DNA of 64,000 nucleotides from Gammaproteobacteria bacterium (GTDB lineage Bacteria; Pseudomonadota; Gammaproteobacteria; CAJXQU01): NCBI GenBank assembly GCA_965238175.1, contig CBDEGZ010000003.1, positions 3,136,001 to 3,200,000 of the forward strand, read 5' to 3'. Shown piece by piece: positions 42,708 to 51,700 of this stretch (position 1 is its first letter; each line of letters starts with the position of its first letter). The notes under the pieces were generated by a model. It saw only the letters and a program-made list of their open reading frames with translations, ran no database searches and was not told where the DNA came from. The position numbers and the translations under genes were made by a program.

Positions 42708-45700
42708 TCAATTGTAAGGCCTGACCCCAATGTTTAGTTCGAGGCCTGTTGGGTAGTCGTTGCTGGCCGGGTAGGTGATGTCTTGTACTCGTCCGAGCGT
42801 GTCGTAATTTGTTTGGGTGAGGTAGGTTTTGTTGGTGGCTTCAAACTGTAGTCTTGTTTCAATTTCATTCGGACGGCCTAGGCTGTCGTAGCGAGTGAAG
42901 ATTTTTTCTTGCTGGCCTTTTTGGCTGTAGATGAGTTTGCCGATGGCCTTATCACTTGCGCCGGTGTTGCTGTGTGAGCCATAGACCCAGAAGCTGTTAC
43001 ATTCCGCGTCTGTGCGTGTGATCATGCGCCCTAGAATATCGTATTCCATGCGGGTGATTTGGCCTTTGGCGTCGGTTTGGCTTATCAGCTCTCCGAGGGC
43101 GTTGTAGCTGTATTCCCAGTCGCCCATGTCGGGGTCGTTCATGGCGATTTTGCGACCACGGGCGTCGTAGTCAATGGTGGTGATGTTGCCGAGGTGGTCA
43201 GTGACTTGGGTTTGGTTGCCCTGTGCATCATATTGGTAATAGGTGTTGAAGCCTAGGTTGTCGGTGGTTTGGATCAATTCGTCACGCGCATTAACTCGCC
43301 GGGTGGTTTTTTGGTTGAGGTGGTTGGTGAGGGTTGATGTTAGTCCCTTATATTCATAACCGGTGGTGCCGTTGGCGTCGGTTTCGGTTAGCGGCCGGCC
43401 GAGGGCGTCGTAGGTGAAGTTGGTCCAGTGAATGGGGCTCTGAAGATAGAAGGGTTGTGAGGTTCGTTTGATTTCACCGCGAATATTGTATTGGGTTGCT
43501 ACACTGATAATGCGGGGGTTAATGATATTTAGATCTGTGTAGACATTGCTGCCAGACAGATCATTTCCAAGACCATAGGTATTGACATATTGAATTCGGC
43601 CGAGTCGGTCAAAGGCTTCCAGAGCAGGCGCACTGCCAGTGCTTTGGGTGGTCAGGGAGGTCTTACAGTATTTAGCACACCAGTTACGAGTAAAGGTGGT
43701 TGTCGTGCTATCTGCCCGTGTCTCTTTTATCTTGCGTCCAAAGCTATCGTATTGCCAGGTGGTCTCCAGACCATTGGGGCCGGTGAGTTTGGTCATGACG
43801 CCAAAGCGCGCATCGTAGGTATGGGTTTCAGATTCGCCCATCGCATTGGTGATTTTGATCGGGAATTGCCCGGTGTTGTGACCGCCGCCGCTATATTCTG
43901 TTCGTGTGCTGCGGGCGGTGATGGCGGTAGATCCGCTGCCGCCCAAGGCGGTGACGCGGGTTTTGTTACCGTAGGCGTCGTATTGATAGGCGGTTTCTAA
44001 TCGAAGTGCGGGGTTATTCGGCTCGATGATTTCTTTCATCAGCATGCCGTGACCATTGATGTCGTATTCAAACGCCGATTTACGGGTTGCGGTCTTGCCG
44101 TTGGCGGTTTGCGTGACGGCGGTGGTGGTTAAGCGGCCTAGGTACCATTTGCTGATGGCGGTACTGGACGCGTCGTAGGTGTTGGTGGTTTCTGTGCGGA
44201 AGGTATTTTGGTCGAGGCCTGCGGTGGCCACTTTAATCGAGATCGGGTTACCATAATCATCGTAGACGTAGTCTGTAACGGTTTGTTTGACCATGGCTCC
44301 GCCGAGTTCGTATGTGACTTGGTTACTGGTTTGAAGATAGGGAAAATAGCTACCGTCGGTTCTTGCCACAACGTTATAGGTGTTGTTGGTTTGACTAATC
44401 AGGCTATTGTCTGCAATCAGGTTGCTACGTGTGTAGGCGACCATGCCGGCGAGTGGGAAGTCTTGATGGAACTCGGTCGCCGCATAGGTGCCTTGGGCTC
44501 TGTTGTAGGCAAACATCCAACGAAAACCAGCAAAACCACGGCCTTTTAGGTGGACTTTGGCGCCTGCATAGGTGTAGTCGACGTCGTTGGTGATGCCGAG
44601 GCCGAGGCCATTGTCATTTTTAACCTTGGAGACTACGTACATCGGGGCTTGGACGTCAAGGTAAGGGTAGCCTGTTGTTTTCGGAACCACATCCGCAGAT
44701 TTACTGTAGACGCTGCTGTCGGTCATCGGTTTGTATTCAATCTCGGTGGGGCTACCAAGGCTGTTGGTGACTTTGATAATGCGCATCTGGGGGCGGGTGT
44801 TGCCGATTCTGCAAGTGATATTATCGTCTTTTTGACTACGAAAACGAATGTAACAAGCGTCGGCGATGGCATCGCCGTTGACATCGGCAAAAATCTCATC
44901 GGTTGTCTTGCTATTCTCAAAATGTGTGTTTACCCCAGTCACCAGTGGCCCAAAGCCACTGCCATTAGAGAGTGCGCATGCACCAAATCTACACGCATCA
45001 ACAAGCCCATCGTTGTTGACGTCTTTCCACTTAAGTTTAACGTTTGTTTCGGGTTCCCTTTGCAATATGTCACATGAAATACCTTCATAGCTGAAACACG
45101 ATTTCTCAGGAACATATAACATTTCTTTTTCAATGGTGTTGGCGAAACCCGTACCGGTATACAAATTACACTTAGCATAAAATCGAGCTTCACTAATGGT
45201 GAATTTATATTGTTGATTCTCCAAAAGGCCTGGAACGAGGGGGGTCTTGCTTTGGATTTCTCCTTCTTTGAAGAGGCCACAGAGATCTTTATTGCCATCG
45301 CCATTGATATCCACCCAGGCGGTGGAGCCAGAGTAACCACTTACTGCATGGGCTGCCGTTTGATAGGGAGTGGGATCAAACCCGGTACCGGTAGAAAGGT
45401 TACAAACCTTACTGTTATCCGTCAGCGTCCGACAAAAATCCACCAGACCATCGCCATTGACGTCTTCCCAGTCACGGATATTTTTTCCATTCGCACCGGT
45501 TCCATAAACTAAACCTGTGCCGATAATAGTCTGACCAAAGCCAGTACCGGTTGAGAGCGTACAGGCGGCACGGTTAGATCCTGTCACTCGACAATAATCC
45601 GCTCGTCCATCACCATTAAAATCCACCCATCGGCGACCCTGCCCCTGCCCCCAGCCTTCCGGTGAGAGGCTACCTGAGAACGCGCTATTTAACCCATTAC

Positions 45701-45886
45701 CAGTTGATGTGTTACAGGCTATCTGTGGATTACTTGAGTTTCCAACGACGCGACAAAAATCCGCCTTGCCATCGCCATTAACGTCGATCCATTCACGGCC
45801 TTCATCATAGCCTTTATTAACGGTAAAACCGGCGCTGATGGGGGTTTGATTAAGCATTGTGCCATTAGAGACATGACACGAACCAA
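42708..45886 (-). pseudogene. Internal fragment of an FG-GAP/VCBS + YD-repeat (TcdB/SpvB-type) Rhs protein
   Basis: DVNGDG repeats, GRGFAGF, YD repeats; lacks N-terminus and Rhs core; both ends abut GGGGTCAG motifs (C-terminal IGVRPYN* is encoded by the motif). Confidence 0.85.
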
Positions 45887-46317
45887 GGGGTCAGCCAGCT
45901 TGATATTTCACTTTGAAGCAAGTAATCTACCCAAATGGCGCGCCTACCAAGAATAGTTATCCCAGACCAAGCACTGCATATCATGCACAGAGGCAATAAT
46001 CGTCAAGTCATCTTTGAAACAGAAGAAGATTTTATAAGGCTTAAGGATGATATTAACCACTCCTTATTAAAAGCAGACTGTCAGCTTCATGCCTATGTGA
46101 TAATGAATAACCACCTACACTTACTACTTACACCCAAAGATAAAGAGCAGCTCAAAGTCTTTATGCAATCGTTGAGTAATCGCTATGTGCGTTACTTCAA
46201 TGCTGTACGAAAACGAACCGGCACTCTTTGGGAAGGACGCTATAAATCTTGCTTAATCGACAGTGACAACTACCTGTTCACGCTCTATAGATAATCATGC
46301 TGGCTGACCCCTTGATT
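45881..46317 (+). mobile_element. Mini-element: 24-bp inverted repeats around a truncated Y1/RAYT transposase
   Basis: AACCAAGGGGTCAGCCAGCTTGAT (45881-45904) versus AATCAAGGGGTCAGCCAGCATGAT (reverse complement of 46294-46317), two mismatches. Confidence 0.75.
45935..46294 (+). pseudogene. Y1 HUH (IS200/RAYT-like) transposase, C-truncated
   Basis: MARLPR…HRGNNRQ-x-IF, NHLHLL (HUH), GTLWEGRYKS; stops at YR* before the expected YI-x-x-NP. Confidence 0.85.
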
Positions 46318-46550
46318 CACAGCATCTTAGGTAAGCTTTGCTCATTCTCAGGAGTGGCAAGCAGGTGGACGTGATTGGTCATCAACACGTAGGCGTGGAT
46401 CGAGACACCATAACGCTCTGCTGCATCTTTCAGACAGTCAAGATAAAACCGATAATCCTCTTCAACCGCAAAGATGGCCTCTCGATTATTACCTCGTTGG
46501 ATAAGGTGTTGTGGTTGGTCTTTAACGTAAAAGCGTGCTAATCGTGCCAT
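46317..46550 (-). pseudogene. Second Y1/RAYT transposase fragment
   Basis: MARLAR…QRGNNRE-x-IF, MTNHVHLL; ends at the GGGGTCAG motif. Confidence 0.85.
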
Positions 46551-46588
46551 TAGACTAATCTTATTAAATGAATAATAAGATTAGTCTA
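46551..46588. repeat. Perfect 16-bp inverted repeat abutting the RAYT start codon
   Basis: TAGACTAATCTTATTA-AATGAA-TAATAAGATTAGTCTA. Confidence 0.85.
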
Positions 46589-46621
46589 GCTGTAGAAGGG
46601 GTTTATGTCGAGTCTGACCCC

Positions 46622-47389
46622 ATTTTATTGTCCGATTATTGTGACTGATGCGGGTTTTCGAACACCTTGGTTTAACTTGATACGTTCGTTAGGTTGGGAT
46701 TTTGTTGGACGAGTAAGGAACCGCACCTTATGCCAACAAGCCTCAGCACCGGACTGGTTTCCAGCTAAGGATTTATATATACGCGCGACAGCAAAACCAA
46801 CGCACTTAGGCGCTTATCAACTGTGCCGCAACACACCGATGGTGGGTCAGTTCGTGGTGGTGCGTAAAAAACCACAAGGCCGAAAAGACAAAACGGCACA
46901 AGGTCATAAGAACCGTCGTAATAGTCATTCGCGCAAACAAGCTGAACGGGAAGCAGAGCCTTGGTTGTTGGTCACCTCATTAATACCAGAAAAAGAGTTT
47001 GCTAAACGAGTGACCAAACTTTATCAGACACGGATGCAAATTGAAGAGAGTTTTAGAGACTTGAAAACAGGGTTGAAGATGAACCTTGGTAATACACGAA
47101 TATTGAAACGTCTGACAGTGTTATTGGTGATTGCTGCGTTAGCTCAGTTTGTTTTATACCTGTTTGGAGTGGTAGTGACGATGGCGAATTTACATCGCCG
47201 TTATCAAGCCAATTCTGTCAAAGATAAAGTCGTATTGTCCTATCAGTTTGTTGGTTTGAGAGCGTTTAAAGATAGAAAATTAAAACTCAAAAAGGATGAT
47301 TGGATGCAGGCCTTTGAACACATACAACAACTCATGAGGGAGCCGTTGTATGTTTAAGTATACTTATCAATTTCGTGGGGATCCCTCAG
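46622..47389 (+). mobile_element. IS4-family (IS10-like) element, 5'-truncated, right end intact
   Basis: IVTDAGF, EPWLLVTSL, Y-x2-R-x3-E-x2-FRD-x-K (YREK); right IR GGGGATCCCTCAG. Confidence 0.85.
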
Positions 47390-47467
47390 AGTCTGACCCC
47401 ATTTAATTTTGTGAGAGATGATAAACCCTGGAATGAGCAGCTGGCTCAAGACAGTTGCTGACCCCAT

Positions 47468-47965
47468 TTAATGTTCACAAACTGTATCAGCCTTAAGTTT
47501 AATAATGTTCTTATATAAATTGCCGCCTCCATTCGAGATTAATATCCCCTTTTCAGGCAAGAGTATTTTTTCAGCACCATCTTGGCCGTATGCTAAGACC
47601 TGCTTTTCTTCAGACCAAGGTACCTCAACTTTTCGGAATGATTGGCTGAGCTTGATTGCTTGATCGCATGATATTTTTTCAATTAGGATATTTGGATTAA
47701 ACGTCCAAGGGTTTATGATATTTTTCTTATTCCAATAAAGCCTACTAGATTGCCCACTCTCGGTAAGAGGAAGTACAGAATTAACTGATGGATACCAATC
47801 TTTCTGCATTTGTATTTCATACCCTGAGTGAAGTTCCAATCTCTCTTTAAACTCCTCGGTTTTAGACAAAAAATAAAATATTGTGGGAAAGCTCCAAACG
47901 AAAATAATCACTATCATAGAAATAATACAGAGGTACTTAAGCGAAGATACAATTATTTTTTTCAT
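47468..47965 (-). CDS. Putative cognate immunity / membrane-anchored partner of the Rhs payload
   Basis: Low GC, N-terminal TM, starts 13 nt after the Rhs-CT stop. Confidence 0.65.
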   Translation of the reverse strand: MKKIIVSSLKYLCIISMIVIIFVWSFPTIFYFLSKTEEFKERLELHSGYEIQMQKDWYPSVNSVLPLTESGQSSRLYWNKKNIINPWTFNPNILIEKISCDQAIKLSQSFRKVEVPWSEEKQVLAYGQDGAEKILLPEKGILISNGGGNLYKNIIKLKADTVCEH

Positions 47966-47978
47966 TATCTTTATAGAA

Positions 47979-48767
47979 CTACTTACGGCTGGGAAAAGGT
48001 ATATCTGGAATATTCTTAATAGATTCTAAGGCATCCATGAAATCAGATCCAGATTTTGGCATCTTACTAATTTCATTAAACTTCTGGTTTTGTAAGTCTT
48101 GGCACTTCGACCGATCTACTAAATTTTCAGGACAAGTGAGACACGAGTTTATAGCACTATTTATATTGTTAGTAACCGTTGTATTACTATTAAATTCATC
48201 AATCGAATCTGCTACATCAATCCCTGTCCATATTACACCTGAACCTACAACAAGCCACCATAATATCGGTGCGATCTCACCGGTAGGATCGATACGATTT
48301 AAGGGGTTCCCCCCAACATATCCATAAGTACTCATTCCCCCATCCAGTCCAATCGGGTCACTCGTAACATACCGCCCAATACTCGGATCATACGTCCGAA
48401 AGTAATTATAATGCAGCCCCGTCTCCGCATCAAAATACTGTCCCGGAAAACGTACATTATTCGTCACCGTCTCTGTCGTCACAGTGGCCTTCCCAAACGG
48501 ATCATACCCCGCCTGCCAGACAATATTCTGGTTTGCATCCGTCAGCACCTGTGGGGTGCCCAGATGATCGTTGTGGTAGTAACTGATCTCTGTCGCTGAA
48601 GCACTCGCCGTTAATCCCGCTATAAACAATAGTCTGAACATTTTACTGAGTGTTTTACCTACTTCCATTATTAAACCTGTCATGGGTTTTCTTCCTTTCA
48701 TGGCGATTACTGCTGCCGCTTGTCTTTTTTGATCAATCATGTCGTTGTTTGTTTTCGTCTGTCTCAT
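47979..48767 (-). CDS. Split-Rhs piece C: signal peptide + Rhs core + ~100-aa C-terminal payload
   Basis: …KMFRLLFIAGLTASASA|TEISYYHNDHLGTP, NVRFPGQYFD-x-ETGLHYNYFR-x-YDP, DPIGLDGG, NPLNRIDPTG; GC drops after DPTG. True start may be 48668 or 48641. Confidence 0.9.
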   Translation of the reverse strand: MRQTKTNNDMIDQKRQAAAVIAMKGRKPMTGLIMEVGKTLSKMFRLLFIAGLTASASATEISYYHNDHLGTPQVLTDANQNIVWQAGYDPFGKATVTTETVTNNVRFPGQYFDAETGLHYNYFRTYDPSIGRYVTSDPIGLDGGMSTYGYVGGNPLNRIDPTGEIAPILWWLVVGSGVIWTGIDVADSIDEFNSNTTVTNNINSAINSCLTCPENLVDRSKCQDLQNQKFNEISKMPKSGSDFMDALESIKNIPDIPFPSRK

Positions 48768-48769
48768 GA

Positions 48770-51700
48770 TTAATTACCCCCACCTACGTATTCCAACTTA
48801 ATCGCATCGGCACTGAAGTTGCCGGTGGTATTGCTGTTGAGTTGGATGTAGCCACCACTGCCTGCATTAAAGGTGTAGGTGCCAGTCAACTCGGTGAAGT
48901 GGCCACCTAAGGCCGGATCGTTTTGCGCCACTATCACGCTGGTGTTTCCTCCGGCGTGGTGGATGACGTATTCTGCCGCTGATGGGCGTGAGCTGTTGTG
49001 GGTGAACCAGACTGATACTTTGTAGGTGCCTGTCGTCACGACAGTCGGTGTCCATTTGAAGTGGCCATTGCCGTTTAACCAGTCTGAACCACGACTGGTA
49101 TTAAGGTAGGTCGGTGAGCTGCCCGAGGATTGCCAGTTGCCTTGGCTTGTTGTATTGCTGTCGCTGTTGTCGACGATGATGTCAGTTACATTCCCACCGC
49201 CACCAGTGCCAGTCACGGTGATAGTAATATTATCCGTGTCGGTTGAGTTTCCACTGTCTGTCGCCGTAGCAGTGATTAGGTGGGTGTTTTCACTTAAACT
49301 GCTCGTGGAGAAGCTACCATTTGTACCAATCTGCCCGTCTTTGTCAGAAGTCCATACCAGTGAAGCACCAACGTTACCATCTTCTGCATCGGTGGCAGTT
49401 GCGGTGAAGGTCACATTTGTTCCGGAGGTCACGCTGCTGTTCGCAACTGGACTGCTGATGGTGACGACTGGTTCAGTGTTCGGTGGGGGTGGGTTACCGC
49501 CACCAACGTATTCCAACTTAATCGCATCGGCACTGAAGTTGCCGGTGGTATTGCTGTTGAGTTGGATGTAGCCACCACTGCCTGTATTGAAGGTGTAGGT
49601 GCCGGTCAACTCGGTGAAGTGGCCACCTAAGGCCGGATCGTTTTGCGCCACGGTCACGCTGGTGTTTCCCCCTGCGTGGTGGATGACGTATTCTGCCGCT
49701 GATGGGCGTGAGCTGTTGTGGGTGAACCAGACTGATACTTTGTAGGTGCCTGTCGTCACGACAGTCGGTGTCCATTTGAAGTGGCCATTGCCGTTTAACC
49801 AGTCTGAACCACGACTGGTATTAAGGTAGGTCGGTGAGCTGCCCGAGGATTGCCAGTTGCCTTGGCTTGTTGTATTGCTGTCGCTGTTGTCGACGATGAT
49901 GTCAGTTACATTCCCACCGCCACCAGTGCCAGTCACGGTGATAGTAATATTATCCGTGTCGGTTGAGTTTCCACTGTCTGTCGCCGTAGCAGTGATTAGG
50001 TGGGTGTTTTCACTTAAACTGCTCGTGGAGAAGCTACCGTTTGTACCAATCTGCCCGTCTTTGTCAGAAGTCCATACCAGTGAAGCACCAACGTTACCAT
50101 CTTCTGCATCGGTGGCGGTTGCGGTGAAGGTCACATTTGTTCCGGAGGTCACGCTGCTGTTCGCAACTGGACTGCTGATGGTGACGACTGGTTCAGCGTT
50201 CGGTGGGGGTGGGTTACCGCCACCAACATATTCCAACTTAATCGCATCGGCACTGAAGTTGCCGGTGGTATTGCTGTTGAGTTGGATGTAGCCACCACTG
50301 CCTGTATTGAAGGTGTAGGTGCCGGTCAACTCGGTGAAGTGGCCACCTAAGGCCGGATCGTTTTGCGCCACGGTCACGCTGGTGTTTCCCCCTGCGTGGT
50401 GGATGACGTATTCTGCCGCTGATGGGCGTGAGCTGTTGTGGGTGAACCAGACTGATACTTTGTAGGTGCCTGCCGTGGCCACAGTCGGTGTCCATTTGAA
50501 GTAGCCATTGCCGTTCAACCAGTCTGAACCACGACTGGTATTAAGGTAGGTCGGTGAGCTGCCAGAGCTACTCCAGTTACCCTGACTCTCTGTATTGCTG
50601 TCGCTGTTGTCGACGATGATGTCAGTTACATTCCCACCGCCACCAGTGCCAGTCACGGTGATAGTAATATTATCCGTGTCGGTTGAGTTTCCACTGTCTG
50701 TCGCTGTAGCAGTGATTAGGTGGGTGTTTTCACTTAAACTGCTCGTGGAGAAGCTACCGTTTGTACCAATCTGCCCGTCTTTGTCAGAAGTCCATACCAG
50801 TGAAGCACCAACGTTACCATCTTCTGCATCGGTGGCAGTTGCGGTGAAGGTCACATTTGTTCCGGAGGTCACGCTGCTGTTCGCAACTGGACTGCTGATG
50901 GTGACGACTGGTTCAGTGTTCGGTGGGGGTGGGTTACCGCCACCAACGTATTCCAACTTAATCGCATCGGCACTGAAGTTGCCGGTGGTATTGCTGTTGA
51001 GTTGGATGTAGCCACCACTGCCTGCATTGAAGGTGTAGGTGCCGGTCAACTCGGTGAAGTGGCCACCTAAGGCCGGATCGTTTTGTGCCACGGTCACGCT
51101 GGTGTTTCCCCCTGCGTGGTGGATGACGTATTCTGCCGCTGATGGGCGTGAGCTGTTGTGGGTGAACCAGACCGACACTTTGTAGGTGCCTGCCGTGGCC
51201 ACATTCGAGATCCATTTGAAGTAGCCATTGCCGTTCAACCAGTCTGAACCACGACTGGTATTAAGGTAGGTTGGTGAGCTGCCCGAGGATTGCCAGTTGC
51301 CCTGACTCTCTGTATTGCTGTCGCTGTTGTCGACAATGATATCGTCTACATTAACATTCACCGGAGGATTATCTGCGCCTGATAACTGCGCAAGTAATGT
51401 CCCATTTAAAAAGATATATTCTTTGATGGAGTCACCCGTATCGTCGCGTTCAGCGAGTAAGGCTCCATCAGGGCCATAGTCAAAATACAGCGTTGTCGCA
51501 CCGGCTTTTTTAACCCGCTCACCATACCCATTGTAGGTATAGGTGTTGGTGTCTGCGCTGCTTATCCGGTTGTGAGCACCATAGGTGAAGTTGCTTTCTG
51601 GGTGGTTGGTAATGTTACCGTTGTTGTCATAGCTATATTGCGCGGTATTACTGCCTGTAATTTGATCAAGGCGGTGTGTATTTGGGACGTAGTTGTAGGT

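Larger units (their letters stand above)
42721..47465. repeat. Six GGGGTCAG/CTGACCCC junction motifs
   Basis: At 42721-42728, 45887-45894, 46304-46311, 46614-46621, 47393-47400 and 47458-47465; none noticed elsewhere by eye. Confidence 0.85.

Noticed and set aside
43059-45512. Several plus-strand ORFs
   Set aside because: Antisense shadows of the GC-richer Rhs fragment.
48867-51215. Repeated 62-144-aa ORFs in alternative frames and on the opposite strand
   Set aside because: Shadows of the 720-bp repeats inside piece B; no independent coding signal.
48773-51343. Possible CRISPR or DGR template/variable repeat
   Set aside because: Units are 720 bp, in frame and without spacers; no cas or reverse transcriptase gene; differences are not obviously adenine-specific.
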